Assembly: GCA_038239005.1 (NCBI GenBank)
Contig: JBBSFE010000015.1
Location: 3,154 to 67,153, forward strand
Length of the DNA: 64,000 nt
Direction: 5' to 3'
From: Polyangiales bacterium
Lineage (GTDB): Bacteria > Myxococcota_A > Polyangia > Polyangiales > Polyangiaceae
A program made the translations under genes and the position numbers. The notes under the pieces were generated by a model, which was not told the origin of the DNA, made no database searches, and saw only the letters and a list, made by a program, of their open reading frames with translations. This document shows positions 26,958 to 35,982 of the stretch, one piece after another; the first letter of the stretch is position 1; each line of letters starts with the position of its first letter.

Positions 26958-28517
26958 GTGGGCGCTCGCATTCGGCTGCTGATTCTCGTCGTTTTGGCGT
27001 CGCTCGGCGCTGTGGCGGGCATTCGCGCGCACAAGCAGGCAGAGGAAGCGATGCTCCAAGCGCCGCCTCCTGCCGCGCTGCCGGCTGTTGCGGCTCCGAG
27101 CGGGCTCGTCGCCGAGGCCGTGATCGCATCGCCCGACGCCACGTGGCGGAAGGCGCAACTCGCCATCGGAGGCGTGCTTGTCCTCGCGCCGCCGACGTTC
27201 GGCGGGATCCTCGCCGCAATGACGCACGTTCCGGATCTCGCGGCCGTCGTCGATGGCGCAGCGCCGGCCTACGCGGTCGTGGATGAGCGATGGCGCTGGG
27301 TGATCGCGGCGCATGCGGTGAACGCGTCGCGCGCGAAGACCACGGCGGAAGCGAACCCGACGAACGTCGGCGCATCCGGGGCGTGGATTCTCGTCGGCTC
27401 GGATGCAAGCGCGGTCACGGACCTCGGTCCATACGCATCGGGAACGCTCCCAACGCGTGCGCTCCCGAAATCGGCAGTGTTCGCAAACGCGGGCGGCGCG
27501 GCGATCGCAGGCCCGCTTCGCGCAGAGGCCGAGCGTCGATGGACGAAGCTTCGAACGTTCCTTCTCGACAAAGACGACGAAGCGCGTCGCGATCACAATG
27601 GGCGCGCGCCCGATCTCGCGGACCCGAAGCCGCTCGTCGCTGCAGCCGACGCTTGGGTCTCGAAAGTGATCGCCAACGCGAGCGGGATGCAAACCGCGGA
27701 GCTCGCGCTCGACGTCATCGACGATGATTCGATCGACGCACACCTCACGCTCACGCCGCCACACGATGGCGCGACGAAAGCGTGGGTCGATTCCCTCGAG
27801 GGCGGCTCGACCACCGTGCTCGTCGGAACGAGCGCCGATGCGATCGGAACGATTTTCTGGCGGTCGACACCTCCTGAACGCGAAAGCACTGCAAAAGACT
27901 TCGGCGATCTTCTCGGGACCATGCTCGGCACGCGCGTTCCCGCCGCCGATGAAGCAAAGCTCGGCGAGCTCCTCGGCGCGGTCGCGAAAGCGCGTGCGGG
28001 TTGGTCGATCGCGTCCGTCGCCGCGGGCGCCGCGCCAGGCGGGTTCTTGCGACTCTCGACGAACGACTCGAAGAACATGACCACCGCTCTCGAGGGCATC
28101 GTCGATCTCGCGCGGAAACCCGCGTGGACTTCGTGGGAGAAAACGTTCGGCGTCACGAAGATCGATCGCGCTGGCGCTCATGCGACCGCCACGACCGACG
28201 GCGGACCAACCGTTCAAGCCACGTGGGTCGCACACGAAGGCGAAACCGATCTCGCTGTCGGCATCGACGCACAAAGCCTCGTTACGCCGCCCGATCACAC
28301 CCGCGCGATCGGAGCCGATCCGAAAGTGAGCAGCTGGCTTCGTGCGGTCGGCGGAAACGTCATGGTCGCCATCATCGTGCGCCCACTTCTCGTCGCATCG
28401 TCGCCGCGCACCGATGCCGCGCTCGTCGCGTTCACCCGGCATCGAGACAGCGTCGAGATTCGCGCACGCACGACCGGTGTTCTCGTGCGCCAGGCCGTAT
28501 CCTCGGGGAAGCTCTGA
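26958..28517 (+). CDS. hypothetical membrane-anchored/secreted protein
   Basis: 519 aa with an N-terminal signal anchor (RIRLLILVVLASLGAVAGI) and ordinary amino-acid composition. No motif was recognised. Its stop overlaps the next start (TGATG). Confidence 0.65.
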   Translation: MGARIRLLILVVLASLGAVAGIRAHKQAEEAMLQAPPPAALPAVAAPSGLVAEAVIASPDATWRKAQLAIGGVLVLAPPTFGGILAAMTHVPDLAAVVDGAAPAYAVVDERWRWVIAAHAVNASRAKTTAEANPTNVGASGAWILVGSDASAVTDLGPYASGTLPTRALPKSAVFANAGGAAIAGPLRAEAERRWTKLRTFLLDKDDEARRDHNGRAPDLADPKPLVAAADAWVSKVIANASGMQTAELALDVIDDDSIDAHLTLTPPHDGATKAWVDSLEGGSTTVLVGTSADAIGTIFWRSTPPERESTAKDFGDLLGTMLGTRVPAADEAKLGELLGAVAKARAGWSIASVAAGAAPGGFLRLSTNDSKNMTTALEGIVDLARKPAWTSWEKTFGVTKIDRAGAHATATTDGGPTVQATWVAHEGETDLAVGIDAQSLVTPPDHTRAIGADPKVSSWLRAVGGNVMVAIIVRPLLVASSPRTDAALVAFTRHRDSVEIRARTTGVLVRQAVSSGKL

Positions 28518-29332
28518 TGTTCGACTACCTGTCGATTCCGCTCTTTCAGCGGGCACTCTTCGCGGGCGCCCTCTTGTCGGCGCTTCTCGCCGTGCTCGGC
28601 GTGCTCGTGACTGCGCGAGGCCTAGCATATCTCGGCGACGGGCTCTCGCACGCAGCGTTCGGCGGCATCGCGCTCGGGATGTTTCTCGGTCTCACGTCGC
28701 CGCTCGTCATCGCGATTCCGTTCACCGCGCTCGCGGCGATCGGCATTGGTGCGTTGCGCCGCAAGGGCGGGCTCCGCTCGGATGTCGCCATGGCGGCGCT
28801 CTTTGCGGTGTGCTTCGCGATGGGCATCGTGTTCTTGCGCAAAGCCAAACGCACGCAAACGACGTTCGATCCCGAGTCGCTCCTCTTCGGCAACATCCTC
28901 TTGGTCGGCGAGGACGACTTATGGATCGTCATCGCGATCGCCATCATCACGTTCATCTTCCTCGCTTTCACGTGGTCGCGCATGGCCTACGCGACGTTCG
29001 ACGAAGAGCTCGCGCGCCTCTCCGGCATCGAGGTCGGCTGGCTCGAGAGCGCGCTCCTCGCGGCGCTCGCCGCCGTTGTCGTCGCGGCGATTCGCCTCGC
29101 GGGCGTCGTGCTCGTGAGCGCGTTCCTCGTGATCCCGTCGGCGGTCGGTCGTCTCGCGGGTCGATCGCTTGCGGGCGTTGCCGGTTGGTCGATGCTCGCC
29201 GGAGTCGTCGGCGTTCTCGCCGGCTTCGTGATCGGTCACGCCCTCGACTGGCCAGAAGGTGCGGCGATCGTGCTCAGCCTCGCCGCCGAGCTCGGAATCG
29301 GCCTGTCGCTCAAGCAGCTCCGTAGAGCCTGA
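28517..29332 (+). CDS. metal ABC transporter permease (ABC-3 / ZnuB-MntB-TroC-like)
   Basis: 271 aa starting MFDYLSIPLFQRALFAGALL..., multi-TM, with the ABC-3-type segment GLAYLGDGLSHAAFGGIALG. Confidence 0.8.
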   Translation: MFDYLSIPLFQRALFAGALLSALLAVLGVLVTARGLAYLGDGLSHAAFGGIALGMFLGLTSPLVIAIPFTALAAIGIGALRRKGGLRSDVAMAALFAVCFAMGIVFLRKAKRTQTTFDPESLLFGNILLVGEDDLWIVIAIAIITFIFLAFTWSRMAYATFDEELARLSGIEVGWLESALLAALAAVVVAAIRLAGVVLVSAFLVIPSAVGRLAGRSLAGVAGWSMLAGVVGVLAGFVIGHALDWPEGAAIVLSLAAELGIGLSLKQLRRA

Positions 29333-29346
29333 GCTAAGATGCGCGC

Positions 29347-30807
29347 ATGACTTATCGCCGTTTGAAGGCCGCGCTGTTCGTCGCGCTCGTCGCGGTTGCC
29401 GTCGCCACCGGCTGCGGTCGCTCCGACCTCAATCAATACATCTACGGTGACGGCAGCGTCGACGGACACGGCGACAGCGGCGCCTGCGATGCAACGACAT
29501 GCCCAACCGGCTGCTGCGACGGCACGGGGACCTGCCGCGACGGGACCGAGCTCAACACGTGCGGCTTCGGCGGCGGCGCATGCAACGATTGTCTGTCGCA
29601 AGGTTTCGACTTCTGCGACGCCCAAGTCAAAGCGTGCGGCAACATCCAACCCACGTGCGATGTCACCTCGTGCGCGAATGGCTGCTGCACGCTCTTCAAC
29701 GGCCAGCAAGCTTGCGTGTCGGGCGCGTCGTCACTCGCGTGCGGCAACAGCGGTAACAAATGTACCGACTGCACCACCGGCGGCCAGGTTTGTGATCCCG
29801 CAGCGAAAGCGTGCGTCAACGCGCCGTGCGGTCCGAACAACTGCAAGGGCTGCTGCAACGGCACGGCGTGCGTCGGCGCCGAGACCGATTCGCAATGCGG
29901 CACGGGCGGCCTCTCCTGCACCGACTGCACGAGCCTCCAGGAATTCTGCGACACCTCCACGGGCCTTTGCGTTTCCGTGCAACCTACATGCAACGCTTCG
30001 ACGTGCGCGAAAGGCTGCTGCGCGGGCAACACGTGCGTCACGAGCGAAACGGACACGCAATGCGGCATCGGCGGGACGGCCTGCGCCGACTGCACCTCGA
30101 AGAGCGGAACATGCTCGGGCGGCACATGCGCCACGGCATGCAACTCGAAGACATGCCCCGGTTGCTGCCAAGCCGGAACGTGCTTCGCGGGCTTCGTCGA
30201 TTCGCGCTGCGGCTCCGACGGCTCCACATGCGTCGACTGCACATCGTCATCGACGACGTGCGACACACTCTCCGTGCCGCGCGTCTGCAAAGGCACGACG
30301 ACCACGTGCCCGGCTCCGTACACGAGCTGCCCATCGACCGTGACGACGCCCACGCTTTCCGTCACGAAAGGTTCGTGCGCCTCGACCGATCTCGCCGACG
30401 CAAAGGCCGCATGCACGACCGGTTTCGGATCGTCATCGTGCAGTCTGTTCTTCACCGACGAGCCCCTCATCAACGCCAAATGCGCGACGTGTCTCGCGTC
30501 GTTCCAGTACGCACTTCAGGACGGGCAAGGCATCTTCAACTGCGTCAGCCCGTTCGTCACGTCGACGTGCAACCACACGACGGGCTGCGTCGATGATTGC
30601 GAGCTCCAGAGCTGCGTGAAGTGTCCGTCGAGCTCGGTGCCGACATGCCGCAACTCGGTCGCTTCGGGTCAGTGTCAACCCTACATCACGAGCGCAACGT
30701 GCATCGGCACGGCCCTCCTCGGAACGGCGTCGTTCTGCAACCCGACGACCTACAGCGGCAACTACGGCAGCTGGCTCGCGGGCGTGGGCGCGCACTACTG
30801 CCAGTGA
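29347..30807 (+). CDS. cysteine-rich repeat lipoprotein
   Basis: 486 aa with the lipobox VAVATGC, five tandem 50-57-aa repeats of 10 Cys each, then a further Cys-rich C-terminal domain. Confidence 0.85.
   Translation: MTYRRLKAALFVALVAVAVATGCGRSDLNQYIYGDGSVDGHGDSGACDATTCPTGCCDGTGTCRDGTELNTCGFGGGACNDCLSQGFDFCDAQVKACGNIQPTCDVTSCANGCCTLFNGQQACVSGASSLACGNSGNKCTDCTTGGQVCDPAAKACVNAPCGPNNCKGCCNGTACVGAETDSQCGTGGLSCTDCTSLQEFCDTSTGLCVSVQPTCNASTCAKGCCAGNTCVTSETDTQCGIGGTACADCTSKSGTCSGGTCATACNSKTCPGCCQAGTCFAGFVDSRCGSDGSTCVDCTSSSTTCDTLSVPRVCKGTTTTCPAPYTSCPSTVTTPTLSVTKGSCASTDLADAKAACTTGFGSSSCSLFFTDEPLINAKCATCLASFQYALQDGQGIFNCVSPFVTSTCNHTTGCVDDCELQSCVKCPSSSVPTCRNSVASGQCQPYITSATCIGTALLGTASFCNPTTYSGNYGSWLAGVGAHYCQ
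29485..30288 (+). repeat. five tandem coding repeats (about 150-170 nt each) of a 10-Cys module
   Basis: Module pattern C-x4-C-x2,3-CC-x4-8-C-x8-C-x5,6-C-x2-C-x6,7-C-x6,8-C. The copies start CDATTC, CDVTSC, CGPNNC, CNASTC and CNSKTC. Confidence 0.8.
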
Positions 30808-31928
30808 CGTCGCACGACGAAGTCGTTCTTCTCACCGGTTTCCCGTCGTTTCGCGCGCGGCGAATGGCGGAAGAGATCGTGCTGGCCGAAGGCGCAAGCA
30901 CGCTCGTGCACGCTGTCGTTCACCCGAAGCTCCACGAGGACGCGCTCTCCGCACTCGATGCGCTTCCACTCGAAGCGCGCCGCCGCGTGCATCTCATCGA
31001 AGGCGATGCAGCAGCGATGGACCTCGGGCTCTCGGGTGTCGAGTTTCGAACGCTCTCGCGCGAGATCGATCGCATTCACCATTGCGTGCAAGTGAACTAC
31101 CTCGGCGCCGAGCGCGAAGTCGCCGAGCACGTCAACGTCGGCTCCGCGTACGAGATCCTCGAGCTCGCACGAGCGTGTCCGAATCTGAAATGTCTGGTCG
31201 TGCATTCGGCGGCGTCGGTGTCGGGCGATCGCTCCGGCGTCGTGCGCGAGGACGAGCTCGATCGCGGTCAGCGTTATCGAAACCCCATCGAAGAGACGCT
31301 CGCACGAGCCGAGCGCGTCTATCGCCGCGCGATGACGGGAAAGAAGCCCGTTCCCATCGCGGTGCTTCGCCCGACGATCATCGTCGGCGATTCGCACACC
31401 GGCGAAGTCGACCGCCTCGAAGGTCCGTATCTGCTCATTCTCTTGATGCTCGCGGCACCGCCCGACTTTGCGCTTCCGCTTCCGGGTCGCAGCGATGTTC
31501 CGCTGAACCTCGTGCCGATCGATTTCGTCACGAAGGCGGCGCTCCACATCGGGCGTGATCCGCGCGCCCCAGGTCGCACGTTTCATTTGGTCGATCCGGA
31601 GGCGATGCCGTCGCGCAAAGTCGTGGAGCTCGTCGCGCATGCGGGCGGGCGTCGCGTTGCGAGTGGTTTCCTGCCGGCGAATCTCACGCGCGCGCTTCTT
31701 CGTGCGCCGGGCCTCGAGCGCATCGCAAAGAGTCCGCGCTCGTTCCTCGAGGCGATGGTCTTGCCCGTCACCTACGACCATGCAAACGCCGACGAGATCC
31801 TGGCGGACACGGGCATTCGCTGCCCGCCGCTGCCGACGTACGTGGACCAACTCGTCGCGCACGTGCAGCGCTGGCTCGATGCACGGCACACCGAAAAAGA
31901 AGCCATGTCACACGATCCGCTCGGATGA
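30804..31928 (+). CDS. extended-SDR / thioester-reductase-like protein, apparently with a degenerate active site
   Basis: The GTG start overlaps the previous stop (GTGA). It is collinear with NAD_binding_4-type reductases (LIEGDAAAMDLGLSG, NVGSAYEILELA, VLRPTIIVGDSHTGE). However the glycine motif reads TGFPSFRA, and the YxxxK position reads NPIEETLARAE. Confidence 0.75.
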   Translation: MTSHDEVVLLTGFPSFRARRMAEEIVLAEGASTLVHAVVHPKLHEDALSALDALPLEARRRVHLIEGDAAAMDLGLSGVEFRTLSREIDRIHHCVQVNYLGAEREVAEHVNVGSAYEILELARACPNLKCLVVHSAASVSGDRSGVVREDELDRGQRYRNPIEETLARAERVYRRAMTGKKPVPIAVLRPTIIVGDSHTGEVDRLEGPYLLILLMLAAPPDFALPLPGRSDVPLNLVPIDFVTKAALHIGRDPRAPGRTFHLVDPEAMPSRKVVELVAHAGGRRVASGFLPANLTRALLRAPGLERIAKSPRSFLEAMVLPVTYDHANADEILADTGIRCPPLPTYVDQLVAHVQRWLDARHTEKEAMSHDPLG

Positions 31929-32155
31929 CGAAATCCGTTCGACCCGTCGCCGAAGATGGAATGATCACGCGCGAGCTCGTCGTTCGCGCGGAAGACGTCG
32001 TCTTTCTCAAAGGCGTCGTCGAGGCGCACGATGGTCTCGCACAAGTATTCGGCGAGCGCGGCGGCGAGCTCGTCATCACCGCGCCTGTCAGCCGCGAGCG
32101 CGAGCTCGACGAGCTCGTCCGTGATCTCTGCGCCGAGCTTGGTGGGATCCGTTGA
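31925..32155 (+). CDS. small conserved hypothetical protein (DUF4911-like)
   Basis: 76 aa with the start overlapping the previous stop (ATGA). The segment EDVVFLKGVVEAHDGLAQVF resembles the DUF4911 family as I remember it. Confidence 0.6.
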   Translation: MTKSVRPVAEDGMITRELVVRAEDVVFLKGVVEAHDGLAQVFGERGGELVITAPVSRERELDELVRDLCAELGGIR

Positions 32156-32168
32156 TGGAGCTTTCGGA

Positions 32169-34124
32169 TTAATCGCGTGGGTCGTCTTCTTCGCTGACGA
32201 TGTCTGCGCGAACGAGGCGGCCGTCGGATCCGCTCATCGCGGAGTCTTCGCGCAGCGAAGAAGGCGGCGGCGGGTTCGACGACGTCCGGCCGAGAGCGTT
32301 TTTCTGATCGAGAAAACGAAGCGTGCCCGGGCCGCCTGCACGCTCGAGAACCGCGACCAGATCGCCCGGAAGCTGGGATTCGACGACGAGGCGTGCTTTC
32401 GTCACGGGGACATCGACTTCGAAGCGCACGGAATGCAAGAACGTGCGGTCGAGGCCGAATTTTTCTTCGAAGTAGCGATTCGAGGGGGCGTGGCCAAAGC
32501 GATCGTCACCGAGGACCGGGTGCCCAATCGCTGCGAGGTGGCGGCGCACGTGACGCGCGCGGCCGTCCGCCATGACGCGTGCGACGCAATGACCTGCGAA
32601 GACTGCGAGGCGGCGATACTTCGTGCGTGTGGCGTCACGCGCGACCGTTCCCTTCGACGGAAGGACACCGCGCGTTGCCGTGAGAAGGACCCGGCGCGAT
32701 TCGGAGGACGAGATGGCGGCGTCCCAAGCTGCGACGTGCGCTGGCGTGCGCGCGAACACGACGACGCCACTCGTACCGACGTCGAGCTTTTGCAGCGACA
32801 CCGCTTCGCTCGCATTCGGAAGCCGACGAACGCGTGCGGTGAGCGAGTCGACGTAGTCCTCGTGTGTGGCGATGGGCTCGTGCGGAGCCTTCTCGACGAA
32901 GAGAACGGTGTCGTCCTCGTAGAGCACGCGCGCCGGCGGCATCGGGGCGCGCCGGAGAATTGCGATCGTTTCGACTTCGTCGCTGAGCGGAATCATGTCG
33001 AGCGGCTGCGCCGACGCGCAGCGGTAACCAAGCCGCGCAAAGTGATCGAGGTCGCGCGTGAGGGTGTCGGGGTCGCACGAGACGTACGCAACCACCGGCG
33101 CTGCAAGGCGTGCGAGCGCTTCACGCGCGGCAGGCCCCACGCCTCGGCGCGGCGGGTTGACCACGACCGCATCGAACGGCGCCGGGTCGACCGGCATCGC
33201 ACGGAGCGCCGACGCGACATCGGAATGTACCGAGTGCACTTCGAGATTCGTTTTTCGCGCCGCCTCTTCGATACGCGCGGCCGCGGGGCCGAACGCTTCG
33301 ACGCACGTGACCTCCGCGCCGCGCGATGCGAGCGCGAGCGCGATAGCACCGGACCCCGCGTAGAGATCGAGCACACGCACGGGCGCTGAGCCAGAACGCG
33401 CAACGCCGAGGTGCTTGCCGATGATCTCGTGAATGCGCGCGGCTTGACCCCGATGCGCCTGGACGAACGAACCGAAGGTTGCAATCTGCACGCATTCGCC
33501 GATGCGGTCTTCCGCGGCGCCGTCGCCCGCGAGCCGAATCGTTTCGGCGCCGAGAACTTGCGGCGAATCGCCGTCGTGCAAGCTCGCCGCGACACCTGCG
33601 ATCTCGGGCATCTCGGCGATGAGCTCGGCGGCGACCGACCGAAGCGAAGTGAGATCACCCGCTTTGCCGCGATGAACGATGAGCGTGACGAGCGCGCGCG
33701 ACGTCGTGCCGTCGAGCTCGCGCACGTCGATGGCGCGAAGCCCGCCGCCCGCTCCGTCGGGTGCGAGCGGGCCGCCCGAAGCCACATCGCGCTTCACACG
33801 CGCGCGCACGACTTCGGCCACACGCGCGAGCACGGGCGCGAGCACGCGACACTTCGGAACATCGACGACCTCGTGCCCGCCACCTTTCGCGAAGAGCCCG
33901 ATCGCACCGCGCTGATCGACCATGAGCTTGGCGCGCGTGCGATAATCCGTGACCGAGTCCGCGGCGATCGTCGGGTCGGCGTAGACGAGCTCGAGCGCCG
34001 GATAGCGGGCGAGCGCTTGCACGACGCGCCCGCGTTTTAGCGCGAGCTGCTCTTCATAGGGCAGCTCGATCGCCGGGCAACCGCCGCAGCGCTCTGAATG
34101 CTCGCACGCGACGCGATCGGCCAT
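32169..34124 (-). CDS. fusion of an RlmC/TrmA-like RNA m5U methyltransferase (N-terminal) and an RluA-family pseudouridine synthase (C-terminal)
   Basis: The N-terminal half starts MADRVACEHSERCGGCP with no TRAM domain, has the SAM motif VLDLYAGSGAIALALA and the catalytic-Cys motif YVSCDP. The C-terminal half has LQKLDVGTSGVVVFAR and RHVRRHLAAIGHPVLGDDRFG. Start at 34124; the upstream part of the track ORF is an artefact. Confidence 0.85.
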   Translation of the reverse strand: MADRVACEHSERCGGCPAIELPYEEQLALKRGRVVQALARYPALELVYADPTIAADSVTDYRTRAKLMVDQRGAIGLFAKGGGHEVVDVPKCRVLAPVLARVAEVVRARVKRDVASGGPLAPDGAGGGLRAIDVRELDGTTSRALVTLIVHRGKAGDLTSLRSVAAELIAEMPEIAGVAASLHDGDSPQVLGAETIRLAGDGAAEDRIGECVQIATFGSFVQAHRGQAARIHEIIGKHLGVARSGSAPVRVLDLYAGSGAIALALASRGAEVTCVEAFGPAAARIEEAARKTNLEVHSVHSDVASALRAMPVDPAPFDAVVVNPPRRGVGPAAREALARLAAPVVAYVSCDPDTLTRDLDHFARLGYRCASAQPLDMIPLSDEVETIAILRRAPMPPARVLYEDDTVLFVEKAPHEPIATHEDYVDSLTARVRRLPNASEAVSLQKLDVGTSGVVVFARTPAHVAAWDAAISSSESRRVLLTATRGVLPSKGTVARDATRTKYRRLAVFAGHCVARVMADGRARHVRRHLAAIGHPVLGDDRFGHAPSNRYFEEKFGLDRTFLHSVRFEVDVPVTKARLVVESQLPGDLVAVLERAGGPGTLRFLDQKNALGRTSSNPPPPSSLREDSAMSGSDGRLVRADIVSEEDDPRD

Positions 34125-34144
34125 CAGACCGCAGCGTACAGCAG

Positions 34145-35419
34145 CTACTTCGCTGCCGCGAGCACCGGCCAGCTGTGGCGCGTGCCGCTCGAATCCTTCG
34201 AAGAGATCGAGAACTCGTCTTGGCCTTGCTGCATCGCCGCAACGAGCGTCACCGTGAGCTGGATGTGGCCCCCGTTTTGGAGCGAGGTGCTGTCGAACGC
34301 GAAGCTGAGGCTGTTCGTCCCGGATTGGAACGCGCCGTAATCGACGGCGTTGACCGTCCATGGAGGCGTCGGAGCGGTCGAGTAGCCGTCGATGTCGACG
34401 ACTGCGGTCGAGCCGACCTTCGGCAAGATGATCTTGCTCTGACGCGGTGCGGAGTTGAAATAAATTTCGCCGTCCGGGATGGGCACGCACGGATCATTGC
34501 CGGCGGCTGCGCTCTTGTTCGACCACATGCGCTGCACGGTGAAGTTGTCGCCGATGATGGTGTTCTTGCCGGTGCAAAGGTCGCCAACCTCACCACCGCC
34601 AGAAGCCCACAGCTGATTTTTCACCATGTAATACGCAAGCGATCCGAGACCGATGTCCGGATCCGTCGTTGCCTCGGCGATTTCGTGGCTCGCCGATTCC
34701 GTCGTCGTCGATTCTTTCGTGCCGCATCGTGGAATGATCGCGTACGGCGTTGCCGAGGGAAGCGTGTTGGTGTGCGGGACCACGACCGTATTGTGATACG
34801 CGAGCCAGCTCTGCTGACAGCCGATCTCGCCGTCGAGCGTGATCTGAACGCCGGGCGGGAAGTAGATGACGTAGAGCGTGTTGTCGTCGGGCGTGGGGAA
34901 GTCGGGTGCGAAGCCGCCTGCATCCGGGTCGGTGCCGTCGCCGCTTACGTGGAGCTTGATGAAATCCTGAAGCGAGCTGGCTGCGCCTTGTGACGAATCC
35001 GTATAGGAAGAGGCGGGCGGCGTTTGAATGACGACGTGTCCGCCGTTCGTGCCCTTGCCGATGCAGGCTTTCGTCGAATCGCAATATTCGGACGTGATGG
35101 CCGTCCAGTAATCGCCGGTTGCGATCGTGTCGTCGAGCTCTTGGACGCGCCCAACCGTCGTGGCGTTGTCGCTCGCGAACGTGACGGTCACGATGCTCGG
35201 GTTGATGAGGATGCGGCCGCCGTTGTAGTCGACGAGCGGCATCGGCGTGTGATCCGCCGGGTAGGCGGCGGCTGCGTCGAGATCGGTCGTAGCGTCGTCG
35301 CTGGCCTCGACGGGCGTCCCGCTATCGTTGCCGGACCCGGAGTCGCCGCCATCGGCGGTCGTGCCTCCGCAACCCATGAGAAAGAGCCCAGCCGCACAAG
35401 CAAGAACGAACGCGCGCAT
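34145..35419 (-). CDS. hypothetical lipoprotein
   Basis: I prefer the start MRAFVLACAAGLFLMGCGG (lipobox) at 35419. It has a secreted-type composition rich in T/S/N/D/Y. No confident family assignment. Confidence 0.7.
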   Translation of the reverse strand: MRAFVLACAAGLFLMGCGGTTADGGDSGSGNDSGTPVEASDDATTDLDAAAAYPADHTPMPLVDYNGGRILINPSIVTVTFASDNATTVGRVQELDDTIATGDYWTAITSEYCDSTKACIGKGTNGGHVVIQTPPASSYTDSSQGAASSLQDFIKLHVSGDGTDPDAGGFAPDFPTPDDNTLYVIYFPPGVQITLDGEIGCQQSWLAYHNTVVVPHTNTLPSATPYAIIPRCGTKESTTTESASHEIAEATTDPDIGLGSLAYYMVKNQLWASGGGEVGDLCTGKNTIIGDNFTVQRMWSNKSAAAGNDPCVPIPDGEIYFNSAPRQSKIILPKVGSTAVVDIDGYSTAPTPPWTVNAVDYGAFQSGTNSLSFAFDSTSLQNGGHIQLTVTLVAAMQQGQDEFSISSKDSSGTRHSWPVLAAAK

Positions 35420-35580
35420 CGATGCCTCCAAAGGGGACGGATGCTCGTAGCGTGCGCCGCGATGCGTTCGCAAGGCGGATTGCGATGGATAAGGGTGCCC
35501 GACGGCTGATTTTAGCTGGGTTTGTGCAGTGCCACCCGAGCATTGCCGAGTGAGTGCGTCTTTCGTAGGCGGATGTAGGT

Positions 35581-35937
35581 CTAAGCAGCGCTGGAGAGGA
35601 TGCGCGACACGCCGTCCTCTGCACGCTTCATCGCGACGTCACGCGCGTCGTCCGACGCCGGACCGCGAGCACAAAGAAGGACGCGATCGCCGTCGATGTT
35701 GACGCTGCGAATGGTGACGCCGTCCATCCCGAAAGTTTCGCCGCGCGCGATGAGCGGCGCAAACGCTGCGAGCTCTTCACAAGCGGCCCAAGATCCTGCG
35801 CCCGCGACGACGACGCCCGAGCCGTCGGCGAGAACTACGGTGTCGAGCGAGCCTTCGCGGCGCGTCGAGCTGAGCTGGTAGTGGAGGGCAACGAGCGGGT
35901 CGGGGCTACGGCGGCGGCGGCGTTCATCAGAGAGCAT
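35581..35937 (-). CDS. small hypothetical protein (possibly roadblock/LC7-like)
   Basis: 118 aa from MLSDERRRRR...; the segment LDTVVLADGSGVVVAGAG resembles roadblock/LC7 folds. Weak evidence. Confidence 0.5.
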   Translation of the reverse strand: MLSDERRRRRSPDPLVALHYQLSSTRREGSLDTVVLADGSGVVVAGAGSWAACEELAAFAPLIARGETFGMDGVTIRSVNIDGDRVLLCARGPASDDARDVAMKRAEDGVSRILSSAA

Positions 35938-35982
35938 GGATGAAATTGTCCGAGACGCGGGCCTCGGAGGCCAACTTTTGGT

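Noticed and set aside
34145-35419. The SASHEIAEATTDPD segment of the lipoprotein as a metalloprotease active site.
   Set aside because: It is HExxE, not HExxH, and I cannot tie it to a known peptidase family from memory. A single short match is too weak to support a call.
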